NCBI GenBank assembly: GCA_037447605.1 | Contig: CM074805.1 | Span: 496,001 to 560,000 of the forward strand | Length of the DNA: 64,000 nt | Source of the DNA: Zygnema circumcarinatum SAG 698-1b | Lineage: Eukaryota; Plantae; Zygnematophyceae | Direction: 5' to 3' | Part shown: one piece after another, positions 23,401-37,200 of the stretch | Numbering within the stretch: the stretch's first letter is position 1 | Layout: the number at the start of each line of letters is the position of its first letter | Notes under the pieces: model-generated | Seen by the model: the letters and a program-made list of their open reading frames with translations, nothing else | What the model was told of the DNA's origin: nothing | Database searches by the model: none | Program-made: the position numbers and the translations under genes

Positions 23401-26400
23401 TCCTCCCCTTCCCCCTCCTACTCTTCCCCCTACCCCCCCCTTCCTTCTCCCTCCCCCCCCTCCCCGACCTCCTCCTCCNNNNNNNNNNCCCCCCCCCAGT
23501 CCCCCCCCTCCCTCCCTCCCTCCCTCCCTCCCTCCCTCCCTCCCTCACCTCAAACATGAGGCTATATCGCCCATCCCTGTTGCGCATGCGAAGGTACGAC
23601 TGGCACGTCTCCCGATCCTCTCCCGGCGGCAGCAAATAGATGTCGTATGTCTCCTCCATGGCCTCCGTGTGGGAGGAAGGGAGGGCTGCTCGGATCTGCT
23701 CTTCCGTCAGATGCACAGCCGACTGTACCGGAAAAGAGAAGAAAAACATAGAAATTGGATGTCCACTGGTCAAGAAAAAACTTTTTGAACTATACGAAAA
23801 TCCCCCAAACAAGACAGGTTTTTAGCGTGTATTCAGTCATTTTGCACATGACAGAGAGAAGAGTCTTGGAATTATTACCCTAAAAACCCGGAAAGCCATA
23901 CTCTCAAAATGCTTCTCATACCGTAGCTTGCAAATTCTTCCAAAGAGACCTACCTTGAGGATGTATGTCGCGTTTTGGAATCCCGAGAAAGGGTTGAATT
24001 TATTGACAATTTTGATGTGAGCTGTCTGCAGGTCTGGCTCAATAAATGCTTTATACATGGGATAAACCTGCACACAGAAAAGAATGGCCTAAATCAGCAA
24101 TCACCCATTTGGAAACCAAAAAGCAGAAAATAACGCAGCCGAAATGACAGCTAAAGACAGAACACAGTTTGAAGTTCGTCTTTCGGAGGTACAAAATTCC
24201 CACATTTCGCTTATCCTCCTTCAACCCTGAAAACTTTCCGTATACAAACTAACAAAGAGAATGACCAACACTTCTTCGAAATCCTTTGCGGTGACTGCAA
24301 ACCAGCGAATAATGCTAACAAAGTTAAAGGTAATAAAGCATCACCGTTTCTGAAATTTGATGAATGATATCTTCGGGCTCTTGGCCCGACCGATTGATGT
24401 CGCGTAGAACACGTTTGACTAGGTCAAAGTGAACCCCCCCTGTGATGGAAACTCGAAGATCGAGAAGAGGGCGAAGCCTCTCACTCAGAGCATATATTCC
24501 CTCTATCACCACAATTCGCGACTGGGGCACCTCGACTCGCCTGCAAACAAATGACAAACAAGCTTTGAAGATTTGAGACTGTAAGGGCGAAATCCACCAA
24601 TGAACATTTGAAAGAGCCAAACTGCACCTTCTGCTCTCAAATAACCAAAGAGTCATCGAGTCGTAGAGGGCCATTAGAAGAAACCAGGTGCTGCTTTTCT
24701 CAAAATGCTATAACAATTATACTTCACATGCATGCGGACCACTTTGATTTCAAGAAGAGGTAACCTAGTAGACGCCCCACATGACTTTTGTGATAACGTC
24801 TTTCTTGACTTTGGCATGCTCAATTTATGCGAGCCTGCTAGACAACTCATTCCTACTCCTATTCCTAGATCCTTGATCACTATCAAAATATTCCCGTAGA
24901 GAAAAGTATTTGGACATGGTTCACGTAATAAGTGCCTAAACACCAGACTTATTACAATATTTGCTTTTCTGACGCAACCCAATCAATTTCACATCACATT
25001 CTAGTCACAATGATCCCGTTTCACTTTTTTCGTTTCCCCCCTTTCCTACCCCTACTAGTGGAGACACTGCTGGGCATCCTCTCTACGTGCTCTCTTCGAT
25101 TTCACCTTACGCTCCTTCCACTACTCAATCGACATTTCTTTCAAGAAGCTTTCCAACAATTGCTTCGGGCAGAAATTCCGCATCCAATGATTCTGCTTTT
25201 TCGAGTTTGTTCTAAGAAACTCTGCATGCCTTTCGCCTTCCCACTAGAGTGTGCTCACCTTGTGCCTACTCGGCTGCTTTTTTTGAAGTCATAAATCGGC
25301 ACGTCCACCGCCTTCCCCATGCGAAGCCCCTGAATGTTCTCCAACAAAGTGTCGTAATCTGTGAGCCGTGGGTCTGTACAGCCCCAAATCTTCAAATTAT
25401 CACAGGAACTCATTGAACCACCTTTCTCTAAAGTTGTAAAGTAAGTGAAGTAGCCGTTCCACTACACCTGCTATCGCCTGAACTCTAAGTTCACCTCACA
25501 CTCGTTGTGCTACGTAGACTTGCTACCCTTCAAAGCTCACAACATAACGATAAATGCATAAGTTTTCTGATAGAAATAACAGCACACTTTGGAAACTGCT
25601 GGCTCTTTAAGCCTGAAAGAGCCTCCCCTTCTCTGACAACAAACGCTATGGATGACCGTCCATATCGCTACAGGCTCTAAATCACATAGTGGGTCCATGA
25701 CGGATGACGCATAGTTGAAGAGTACCTAAAAATAACCAACTTCATCTTGGCGTTTCTTTCTTTCTTCCTTATTAAAATCGCAGGAGTAATTCCCTCTCAT
25801 TATCTCCCTTTTGGGGATACCGAGGAACCCACCATCATAATTTCCATCAATAACTCTGGTGGCGTCGTTATAATTATCCATAGAAATGACGACTATTCCA
25901 GGCATAAAGCTCGCCAGCTTTTCACTGAAGACCGTCTTCCCAGCCCCGGATGGCCCGGCCAGGCCCACCAGCACCACGCCCTCGTTTCGCTGCCAAACCC
26001 ACCACACGTACATGAGCTTCTGCTTCCCATAACTTTATATGTATGCATACGCGTGTGCGTATATCTATGCGTATGTGTATTTTATGCCTGCTTCCAAGTG
26101 CAATGTGAGGATCTGCAATTCAGCTCCGCATTTGTAGCAAGCTAAATTGCTGCGTTTACCCCCCTCCCCCCCTTCTCCCTAAAACTATATACATATAATA
26201 TACATATACATTCGCATATGCTGTTCATTCCCCGACCGCTCCCTTGCTGCCTGTGCATTTCTCCGCCTTGAACCGTTGTTGACTACGAGACTGGAAAGCC
26301 ATTTGCCATTGGCGAATTCTCTGACCAGCAAAATCTACCAATTGACATGAATTCGAGAACAAAAAGAGATGTATCGAAAATAATTTACAAGAGCCAGTTC

Positions 26401-26596
26401 CAGTATTTTGAATGGCTACTAGAATTCACCAGAAAAACGATCTATTCCCGGGCTCAGCCAGCAGCAAATGAATCCTACCCCCAAGAGACTTTCTCTCTCA
26501 GTCAATCACATTTCTAAACATATAAAAACTTTCCCTTCTTGCAAAGCATCTTGGAGCACCGGAAGGTCTCCTGCAAACCAGCCTCCATCTTTCACA

Positions 26597-26643
<47 letters not shown>

Positions 26644-26937
26644 ACTCTCTATTTCTCACTCTCACTTTCAAGCCAATCATATAGTTTCCAGGCATTCCAG
26701 ACCATGTACCTGTGTCAGCATCTGGATGGCCCGAATGAAGAGGAAAAAGCCCTTGTCGAAGGAAAGCGTGTCTGGTATAGGAACAATTCCATAGCGCTCC
26801 TTCCCTTCGGGAGATATGCTCTTCACAGGCTGAATCTGATACTTCAGAAGACCTGACCTCCTTCCCCCGCTGGAGGCGGAGGGCCCAGCCATCGTGCGGC
26901 TCAGAGCGGGGGAGGCCGAGGAGGAAGAAGCAGCCAT
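20483..26937 (-). CDS. TTM: TTM1/TTM2-type protein: uridine-kinase-like P-loop domain, CYTH triphosphate tunnel domain, coiled coil and C-terminal membrane anchor
   Basis: Exons 26937-26710, 25989-25833, 25373-25259, 24540-24345, 24067-23954, 23722-23549, 23010-22810, 22622-22500, 22276-22152, two tentative small exons in ~21990-21843, then 21656-21530, 21207-20836, 20689-20483. Translation includes GLAGPSGAGKT, DPRLTDYDTLL, EETYDIYLLPPGED, YLRMRNRDGRY, VRGQRHMAAQLD and a hydrophobic tail VVGVAAILAVGAVVAV. Confidence 0.93.
23479..23488. other. Assembly gap (10 N) within a (CCCT)n polypyrimidine intronic tract
   Basis: N run flanked by C-rich and (ccct)n simple repeat. Confidence 1.
26599..26640. 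repeat. (CT)n microsatellite in TTM intron 1
   Basis: About 21 CT units. Confidence 0.95.
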
Positions 26938-28065
26938 AGATGCGGTGCTTCCCCGCGCTACCTCATAGCGGACGATGCATCAACGGGGCGCTAATCCTAA
27001 ACAGCTGGCAGCTAAACAATAATTAGTTAATCAGCTATATCTACTGCTGCTGCAGCCTCTACAATGCCTGCATCTCCGAAAGCATAGCAAAGAAAAATCA
27101 AAAACCCCCTCTTCTTCCTCTCCTTCAACTGTCAGAGGGAGAGGGAGCGAAAGCGAGAGGGAGAGGAAGGGGGAGAGGGCGAGAGAGAGGGCGAGGGAGG
27201 GAGTGGGAGGTCGACGGCAGCCATGGCGAAGGCTTCGGTGGTGTAACTAAGGCGAAGGAACCAGGCTCCTGCTAGCCGACAATTCGTACATGCCGTACAA
27301 TTTTGTACTGTATCATTTTGGCCCTCGGGCTGATGACTGCTAAGTTGGGAAATTTTCTCCAGTCAGGTAATCCAATGGAAATTCGCCACGGAATCATTTT
27401 ACACGTGGTCCCTTACCATTGGTGCTGGGTACAATCTGAAACATTTTGACGGTTCGAGGCCCCCTGAAGCCCAAACCTGGCGGGCAAGCGGGAACGGCCG
27501 TACTGTCCGAGGCCCTCGACATATCGTGCACCGTACTGTATCGTAACAATACCGATACGATATAAGTTCTTCTGTTTCGTATCGGGTTCCCAAGAGATAT
27601 TGAGGATATGATTATATTCGTACGATACGATATGGATTGGTCGATACTTTGGTCAACTGGCGTGTTTTGGCGGGAAACTGATCCCTTGAAATTTGGCACT
27701 TGCGGCCTTTGCCCTTAGCCCTAATTTCCATGTTGGGCCTTAGCCCTAATTTCCATGGCTGCCGCTGCTTGAGGTAGGAGCTTTCTCAAGCACGGGGACG
27801 GCTCTCTCATCCTGCTGTATTACCACTGCGGTAGCAATCCGTATTCGGTCCTGGTACAAGTAACAGGCTGCTGGAACGAGGAGTATAGTGCTTGTCTCTG
27901 CAGACTTACCAGAGTTTTTTTAGCGCTTGCTAGGGGGATGAGTTTGAGCATTTCATTTTCTTCTACGTTTTGACTGTTTGTGACCTCAGTAAAGCGAATT
28001 CGGGATTCTGCGCGTTATATAGCAGTGTTTGATTGATCATTGTCTTCGAATCGGAAGCTTGAAAT

Positions 28066-29964
28066 ATGGCTTTTTTGGCCGACCTTCCTTGCCGCGGGAA
28101 CTTCACGGAGTCCGCTACAGTTTGTCCGGTCGGTTTCTTTCCTTGACACCCGCATGATAGAGATATGATGCAATTTTTCAGCCACTAGTATGTTCTATTT
28201 TTCATATGTATTCTCGTCTGTGGAAGTAACGATCTTTTGTTGGATGAATACGCATTTCTTCTTGCAGGGCAACTTTCCTGTGTACTTGTGCGACCATGAC
28301 ACACGGCCGCCGGGTACGTTTCCTTCTCCTTGACCTCCTTTTGTTATGAGTTTCAAGTTGATGACCATTACGTTTCAGGATTTCTTCGATCCATTGGTTG
28401 AAGGGAAAGGAGCCAGTCCTGTATGGTATTGCAATAGTTGGCATGGCTGATTATTTTTGTCTATTCCTTACTTTATGATGATAAAGTTCGGGAAACACAA
28501 TGGTCAATGGCCTTCTGTTCCCTGCTCCGTTTTAAACATGAAACCATGCTTCGCCTACTTGCACCAGTGGTAGTATGTTTGTTGCAGTTTGCTGAACTGG
28601 TTAACAGGAACGTACGCCTACATCTGTTTCAGACAACCAAGTAATTCGCACGGACTCCACAAACATTCTAATTCGGGCTCTTTCGCTCAAAAGGAGCCGA
28701 GAGGAGGCAGCAAAGGCAAAGGAAAGTCGAGGTCAATCTTCCGAAGATAAGGGCAAAAGGTACAAAGAAAGCATCATGCAGATTGCTTACGATTGTCTAG
28801 TTTGGGCAGCAGAGCGTGTCTGTTTCAGCAGTTTGCAGAAGACATGTCATCGTAATGAAAAAAAAAACCTTACCTGGAAAATCCCTATTTGACTGATTGG
28901 CAGCTCCATGTAGGTAAGCATTAAAGTGCCACGAAGTTCTTCTAAATTTCCATACACTTCTTGTAGACTTTATACGGCATAGAAGTAGGGATAAGAGTTG
29001 TACTAGCAGCATCTCAAGTTCCCTTGTAACGAATTGTTAACTGCATCACCGGCGGATGGATTGGTGGATGATTACAGGCCTATTGAAGCAACAAATATAC
29101 ATGGGCCTCCCAGCAAGCGACTCAATTCTGGAAAAGGTTTACAAACTTCCTCACCGATTCATGTTCTGAAAGAGGGGAGAGGGTGAGGGAGAGGGTGAGG
29201 AAGATGGTGGAGAGGGGGAACGGGGATGGAGTAGGGAGTGGGGACGAGAAAGGGGAATGGCGGCGACGAAAGGAAAGGTGGGAGAGTGGGGAGGAAGGCA
29301 CGAGGGGGAGAGGAGTGGAGGGGGAGGGGGAGTCACGCATGAGATAACCTCTGTTGATTGACCGAGGCTTCGGCGTCCAATCTGAAACGGTGCCTTGCAG
29401 GAGGAGGAGGAGCTAGCAGCGTTAAGTACTCAGATCGGGAGCTACAGGTTATGACTGTTGAACGATTGCGTAGTCTGCTGAAGGAGTTAGGCGTTCCTAC
29501 AAGAGGGAAGAAGGTGCTACTCTCAACCTGAGCAGCCGTCGGAGGACATGGACGCTACTCTGAATAACATTAGTCTGCTCATAGCGTGGATTCCTTTCCT
29601 GATTCTGTTTTCATTCTGTTTTTATATTCCAACATTGTTCATTATCATATGTTGAGGCCATTGGAAGGCCCAAAATGGCTGCAGTACTCCAATCGTATCA
29701 ATCAAACATGATTTTATTATACTGCTACCTGCAATTTCTCCTCTGAGGAGGTTCATTCTGGGCAAAGAAACGGCGTCTGGGCGCATCACCTTGTCTTGAT
29801 GAATGGCCGATGTTCGCATGCAACTCCCATGGTTTTCACAAAGGCCAGAAGTTTCAACCCGCATAAAGAATCAACTTCAGTTGAGTTATTCACCTGTGGA
29901 AGTTTCTTTGATTGGTGGCTGGTGGCAGGAGGATCTTATTGCAAGGTTGATGCAAGTTTCATGA
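28066..29964 (+). CDS. DDA1-domain plus C-terminal SAP-domain small protein
   Basis: Six phase-consistent GT-AG exons 28066-28128, 28268-28313, 28633-28759, 29078-29136, 29401-29513, 29929-29964. Translation: MAFLADLPCRGNF...VYLCDHDTRPPDNQVIRTDSTNILIRALSLKR (DDA1-like) ... [31 protein letters not shown] (SAP helix-extension-helix). Not in the ORF track. Confidence 0.85.
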
Positions 29965-32403
29965 GCATTCAGCAACTCAACCATCGCAGCACATTTCTTG
30001 AATTATGGAAGCAAGGGTGATGCACAGTCATGGTTGGTTCCATGTGAGCTCGAGGAAGGTGGAGAGGTAAACTGCAAGGAGAAGCGAAACTTGCTCACAT
30101 TGCCGGCTATGGGGGGGAGCATCTGTTTACCTATCCCGATGCATTTCTAAAAGGTGCAAATTGTACATTCCAAGTGAAGGGGAGACTTGCCTGGAGAGGA
30201 AGCAGGTTCCAAGAATCTCGAGAGGCGACTTGACAGGATCTTGTATAATGGGTCTATGTGGTCCATGTGAAGTGAATTGGCGTTGATCTCACCATGGCGA
30301 TGCCATCGTCCATGGTGACTGTGTAAATGGCGGTCTTGCGAGGAGTGAACTGGTTAACTATCCATGCCGCGAGGCAGTTAAACTACATAGCGACAATGGC
30401 GAGCCTGCAATGTGTGTAGAAGACTTTTTCTCTTCCTTCGAGGTGTTCATCCTTTGCCTGTAGAAGGGGTCCATGGCACTAGACCTTGGTGTTCATGTTG
30501 GAGGGCAAGACAGTTTTGGTTACTTGGAGTCAGGAATAGCAGGGAGAGGTCCTTCTCAAAAGAACTGAAGCGAGATAGTTAGCATATACACGAGGTGTAA
30601 ATTACATTTGGATATGTGAAGGCATCGTCAAGGGGTAATGGAAAGTTGGCGTTGCTCCTCGTGTGAAGCTCGATCCGAGTTCTCACTGTTTTGTGAACAA
30701 TGTCCAACAAGAGCTTTAATGCATGCATGACCATTGAGACTATGAAACTCACATAGTCCTCTAGAGCCACAAAGCGGCGACTTCTAGTGTGGGAGCTGAG
30801 CTGCTAGTCATACAACTTTTCAGCTTGGAGCAGCCGAACGCCGAGCCGAGCTTGGCCCTTTGAACGTGCCCCTTTAAGGCGCAGACCGACGGGTGCCTGC
30901 CATGAACGCGCTAAGCCTCGACGCGTCACTGTACGGAAGCATAGAACCTCGCGCTTTCCCGTCCCGTTCCGTTACGTTAATGACAGGAAATTCTAACCAA
31001 ACCAAGTACACGATTGCATCCAAAACCATATTGTAATCGAAACAGAAGTACTAATTCCGGAAAATTTAATCCTACGATTTTCTCAAGATTGACAATTCCT
31101 AACTCCAGGGCCCAAAACCTGGGTTTTCGTCGCAAACCCAGTTTCTGAAATGAATTTATTTGATTACAGTATTTTACCATATCGCCATATCGGCGTTACA
31201 GTTCAATTCGTACAATTCGTACACTTCGTACAAATTCGTACGTTCGGTTGCAACGAGGAAATGATGTGACCGGGTGCCGCCCGGCGCCGCCTCCGATCAG
31301 GTGAATCGAATCTGGCGAAATCACGTGCCCCAATAAATATGGGGCCCAAATGGGACTCGGCTGCCGGGGAAAACCCAGATTTTATTTGCCAGTTCACTTT
31401 TTAAATTCGTTCTAAAAAGAACAATTGATCAGAAAATAAAATAGTTTCTGCCCGACGAGTCCTCGCGTCGCCCAATGCGCCTGTCCTTGCGTCCCAACGG
31501 TAACAAAAACGGGCAGAAAAAAACATTCACGGGCAAAAAAAAAACGTTCCAGGGTGTGACCCAAAAGTGGGACGCGCTGCGTGGACCAACCAAACGCCCG
31601 CCCATCATTCGCTGGACTTTCCCAACCATTGCCGACCGTTCCGTCACGTGGCGCACATCCTGCCGTCCAAATCCGCATCCAACGGTCCCCGACCGTCCAC
31701 TGCGCCCCCGGACCCCCGCCGGTCCCCCACCGCCCGTCAGAACGGACGGCAAATTTTCGTTTTCAGCCCCGTCCCAAAAATTTGCGTCTCTGCCCCGCCG
31801 CATTTCTCCACCGCGTCCGCCGAATCTCGACAACGACGGCCCCCGCCGCGCGTTCACACGGCCGATCCGGTTCCGGATCCGCCTCGCCGTCCGCGCACCT
31901 TCGCCCCTTGGCCTGTCTTTCGCGGCGCCTCTGGAAGAGCGCGCGGGAGCCGTCCGATGAGGACGGGGAGGCAATCGGACGGCTGAGAGAGGGTCGGACG
32001 CGGAGGGGTAAACGGGCGTGGCTGGCGTCCAACTACTCGCCTGACCGCGCCTCTCTGGCAGCCCTAAAGCGGGCGGTGGGAGGGGGGGGGGGAAGGGAGA
32101 GGGGGAGGTGGAGGGAGGGAGAGGGAGCGGGAGGGCTTCCCTTGGAGGAGAGGGGGAGCGAGAGTGGACAGGTGGGAGGGAGGGAGAGAGGTCAGATAGG
32201 CAGACTGCAGGTGGTTTGGTCTGTGGAAGAAGGGGAAGGAAGGGGGAACAGGGAGGGATTTGGAGCGGGGGTGCGCGCAGGGGTGATGTCCGTGTGAGCG
32301 GAAGAGATTGGAGGGATTTGTAGAGAAGGGGCAAGGGTAGAGCTAGTTAGAGAGGAGTTGAAATCAGAGCTTAAATTTAGTCTATTGTATAGAAGGTCTT
32401 AAG

Positions 32404-32955
32404 ATGGCACAGGAAAGCTGGAAACGTGAGCAGGAAGAAACAGCGTGCCAGCAGCCGGAGGGTCCGACGCTCTGTGTTAACAATTGCGGATTTTTCGGCA
32501 GTTCTACGACGATGAACATGTGCTCGAAGTGCTACAGGGATGCAGTCCTGAAGCAGGCCAAGACCTCGCCTATGAAAATTGGGGATAAGGGCATGGCGTC
32601 TCTCAATCAGATGGCGGGGATTGACGTCGCCAAGGAGTCAGAAAAGGCGGTCGATGTTGTAGCCATGATGGCGGTAGAGGCCCAGGCTCCTGCAACAAGC
32701 GCCAGCCCTGTCGCAGTTGCATCACAAGGAGATGCTCAGCGAGACTTGACGCGGCCGGTTCAGCCAAACCGCTGCTTCTCCTGCAAGAAGAGGGTTGGTC
32801 TTACCGGATTCAAGTGCCGGTGTGAAAGTGTATTCTGCGCCCTACATCGACACTCTGATAAACACGCATGCACATATGACTACAAGACCGCGGGACGGGA
32901 TGCAATTGCGAAGGCTAATCCCATCGTGAAGGCGGATAAGATCGACAAGATTTGA
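32404..32955 (+). CDS. A20/AN1 zinc-finger stress-associated protein, intronless
   Basis: A20 finger LCVNNCGFFGSSTTMNMCSKCY and AN1 finger RCFSCKKRVGLTGFKCRCESVFCALHRHSDKHAC, ending ANPIVKADKIDKI. Confidence 0.97.
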   Translation: MAQESWKREQEETACQQPEGPTLCVNNCGFFGSSTTMNMCSKCYRDAVLKQAKTSPMKIGDKGMASLNQMAGIDVAKESEKAVDVVAMMAVEAQAPATSASPVAVASQGDAQRDLTRPVQPNRCFSCKKRVGLTGFKCRCESVFCALHRHSDKHACTYDYKTAGRDAIAKANPIVKADKIDKI

Positions 32956-34248
32956 TTGAAGCTGTTCGTTGTCGTCAGACTAGAGCTAGAATTTTTAGAG
33001 TAATTGGCTTTCTTTTGTACAGTCTCATTCTTCTCACGCAGTTACGCCGCAGCTGTGCTGTTCACATCTGCCATGAGTGCTTCATTCGCGCATAATCTTT
33101 TTCTCCTTGTAAGGCATAGAGTTATGACCTGATGGTTGGTCCACTCAGAAAGGTGTCGGCTGGTTGGTTACCAATCAGGGATGTTTCGTCCTGTCTTTGG
33201 TTGGACTACTCTTTCCTTTCACAGGCTGGTTCAACTTGGACGGACTAAGAAGGAATCATCCAATCTCTGGAACGATATACAGCTGTGCCAACCTCTTTTT
33301 ATCGGCCTGTTGGTTTTATGTCATTTGGTGTTGTGAGAATTTGAAAAGTGCAGACGGATGATTGTTTTGGCAACGTCACGCCTGTTCAGCATACGCTTAC
33401 GCTAACGCTTCTCGGAAAGTGGGAAACAATAGTGGAGATGTTGTATTGCAAGGTTATCCTATTGCCATTGGTGCTCCAAAATCAGATGAAAATTTTCACA
33501 GGTTTTCCGACACTCGTTTTGCACGTTTTTGTAACCCGTTCGACGTGAAAGCTAGTCGATGTGATCACGGAAACAGATACTTGACGATGGCCTTCAAATC
33601 GTGGAGGTTGTTGCGGGAGTTTATCTCAATGGTGGATTTTCAGTGAGGCTGTAAATTGCAGCTTGGGATCCAGTAGTCTAACACAAGACCTGTGCACCAT
33701 TGGTTAAGATTTCTGTGCGTCGAATGAACTGAGTGCGAGTGGAGAGACGGTGGGTGATGTATATTTGATTCTGATTCTTGTGCGGAAATTCGACGTCGTT
33801 TTGAATCCCAGCATCTAAGTATTTCAAAAATACTGTCAACATTCGCCAAGGAGTTGTAGAGATTCGTCAGCTATTGTACTTTTTACAATTTTTATGAATA
33901 GAATTACTACAGACCAGAGTCTATCCTCAAATCCTCTGACTCTTAGCGAACCAAAAAACAACAAAAACAAAATGAACCATATCTCGTCTCCATCTACACA
34001 TCGAGCCTACAGCCCTTCCGGATTGAACAGTCACAAACTGTTCATGCTCGCACCAGTCAAGTCTGCACCCTGTGGATTTGCCCACGCGGGGCAAACTGAC
34101 TGTAATTGAAAACCTAAATGGAAACAGTAACTATTATCTACAACAAAACGAATCGGAGTATCTATTATACAAAGGTCTTCGAAGCTCTTGACCTCCACCC
34201 CATACAAAATTGTCAGTTCTTTCCCCCAAAGCTACCACCAGGGTGCCA

Positions 34249-37200
34249 CTAGCCTATGTCCAGGTCCATGTCCGACTCTGAGCCGTTGGGCCCCTGTTCA
34301 CACTGCAGCTCAGTAACCACATCCTGCATCGCCTTCTTGTAGTTCGGCATGAAGTGGTCGGTCACCATGGCACGGGACAAGTGCACTCTCCCATAGAGAG
34401 CTCGGTCGGTCGAGAACAGCCCAATCTTCCAATCTCCTTTGTCGACCACATTAGCGATCTGATCTGACGAGCCTTTCTCCTCATTATCATTGGGAGATGT
34501 GGAGGAGTTTCGCACCAAGTGAAGAATCCTCCCACAGGGAAAGAACCGTCTTGGGTCCCTAAGAAAGAGGTCGACTTCTTCATTCTCGTGATCAGCCCTA
34601 TCCGCAGAGGAAACATGGCTAGCTACTTCCTCCTCTTCCCTCGTGATCTCTCTCGCTGCAGCTTCCTCCTCTTCATCCGGAGCAGTTACTCTCTCCAAAT
34701 TCCGAGAAAGTTCCGCTTCCAGTTCTTCCCACGAATAGCCTTCTTCCTCCGCCCCCGGTCTCACCTTATTTCCTCTTATTTCACAATCATCTCCATCATC
34801 ATCCACCCTTCCTCCCTTCTCTTCAGGCTCTCTGTGCATAGCATCCAATAATGCAGCCAGTCCGGCGGCATCTTCTCTCTCTTCCTGCGTAATTCGTCCG
34901 ACCTTCCTCACTCTCTCCGGCTTCTCCCTCTCTCTCTCTCTGCAGTCCTCCACTAATCCTTCTCCTTTCGGGGACCCCCTCTCCATCCTCATGGTTGACA
35001 CGCGGCGCGTTGGCGTCGCGCCACCTGTCTCTTCCTCACGCTCATCCAAAGTGGCGGGTCCACTATTAGAAAAAGAGAGCCTTTCTGTGCCCATACATGA
35101 CCAGGCCGGCAAAGTCAATGACTGCCTCAAGGGCACCATAGTCTTCATTTGCTGCATCATCACCTGCAAAATTTCAATCACCCAACAGTATCCCGCATCA
35201 GTCAGTTCCTTCAGAAATCGTAGCATAGCTGCCATTATTCAAGCCCTCCTGTAATTTCAGAAATCTCCCAAACCTCTCCAAGAAGCCCTCAACCTACAAA
35301 TACTCCCATACACCAAACGTATTCTGTTGGATTGCTCGTTCCGTTTTATGTAACTCACCCGCGAGCTCCTAGAGACAGGTTGCCAAAGTGCTCCTGTTGC
35401 ACGGCGGAGAGTGAGGGAGGGCTGCAGAAGGCGAGCCATTTCTATGCGGTTGTAGAGCGTGAGAGAGGCTCGAACACTGCTATTGGTCGCTGCCCCAATG
35501 CTGATAAGTCGCTGCTGCAGTGCTCCCGCTGACCCCATCACGATTCGCAGAATTTGCATTTGCTCAAGCTGCTCCCGAAGGTCATTCACCCACGCTGATG
35601 CCAACACCTATACAGAAGAGAACAGCAATCAAAATAGAGTTATTTTTCTGCATAGAAACAGAGACCCACCGACGTGATAAGCAAGGCAACATGAAGCAGT
35701 CTTTCAAGAACTCACTCACTCACCTCGGCTCGCAGATCATCTGCTGAAGCAGCTGAGAAAGTTGGTACGACATCCGATCCGTGAACAAAAGATGTCACGC
35801 ATCCGATGCCCGACTCAGCGAGCTCCCAAGTCATGCAGGCAGCTGATAGGAAATTACCACGAAAGACCACACAAAGCTAGTAAGTTTTTTCAATCTCATG
35901 CTTATCTCTTCACCTCTTAAACTGCAGACATAGCTTAGTAAAACTGTATGACCTGATATGCATGACTTTGGTAAATCTTATTGGAAGGAGAGAAGCACAA
36001 GTGCACTGACTAATTGCTGAGTCCAAAAGCATGGAGATAAGATCAAAATTTGAATTACCAGACTGCGTTTACCTGGGGCAAAAGCAGTGCAGGTCGTCCC
36101 TCCAAGGCCGACTTTCTCACGAAGAGCATATGTGAGCAGAGCAGCAGTTCCCCCTCCAAGTGAGTGGCCTATGACCTGCAAATGAGATTCATTTTTAGGG
36201 TTCAAGAAACCTCAGGGGCTAAAGTATTCGTCAGCCATTTAGAGATCTTACATGCGTCAGGATTCTTCGAATTGACCTTCGGCCAGAAAATTTGACATTT
36301 CCAGTGACAAGATGAGAAAAACTCCTTCGCCCAACAACACAACCAAGCCAAAGGCAAAAAAATGCACTCTCTTCCTCCTGCGACAGCGAAGCCAGAAAAG
36401 GAGAACCCTCTCTCCTGTCATTTTCATGGTACATCTCTCATCTCTCTCATCTCTCATCATCTCTCTCTCTCTCTCTCTCTCATCTCATCATCTCTCAACT
36501 CATCTCATCTCATCTCTCTCGCTAGCACATGTACCTTGATTCTATAGTGGGGATATTCCTCCAAGCATTCGCGTAGTTTTGGCTCTGCCAGCTGCGCAAT
36601 GCACCGAGCCGCTGCCACCATTCCACAATGAGCATATCCAAGGACCAACTGCCTTACTCCGGACCCATCCATTACTGCATGGTGAAACGGAACAACGGCA
36701 CCTGTAACAACAGTCAGAGTGTCCTTCATGGAATGGGTCCCGCGAATAATGACGAGGATTCGCTCATTATCGTGATCGAGCACAACTGTGAAGGCCGGCT
36801 TGAGCAGCTGTCCATCCATCATCACCAGACAGTAGACAGGGACATTCTTCAGCAAGGTTTGGAATGGTTTGAACATGTGTGAGTGTAGAATTCTCAGTGC
36901 TTAGAGATGCTCCAAACAAAGTATTGGCAATGTAATTTTAAGGGAACTGTGAACTAGATCCATAATGACATATCGCCGCCAATAGGAAATAAACAATTCG
37001 ATTCTCTCTTGCTCTCTCTCTTCACCTCAATGATTTGCACATGCCTAAAACATAACAGGAAAATAGAGACGTGTCAATACAAGCAAGCTTTCTGTGCTAT
37101 CTAAATCCTCCAATCTACTTGCCATAAAGCTTCACTTAGCACTGAACTAAAGTTTGAATCACTCAATACTGCGAGAGCACATTGGTGTGTTTCTGCAAAG

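Noticed and set aside
30000-30800. LINE endonuclease/RT-like words (RLDRIL on +, YKILSSRL on -)
   Set aside because: They are isolated short words on opposite strands amid many stops, which is insufficient for a call.
31412-32334. Several 130-300 aa overlapping ORFs upstream of the A20/AN1 gene
   Set aside because: This is GC-rich promoter and 5' UTR sequence with low-complexity Pro/Arg/Gly translations in multiple frames.
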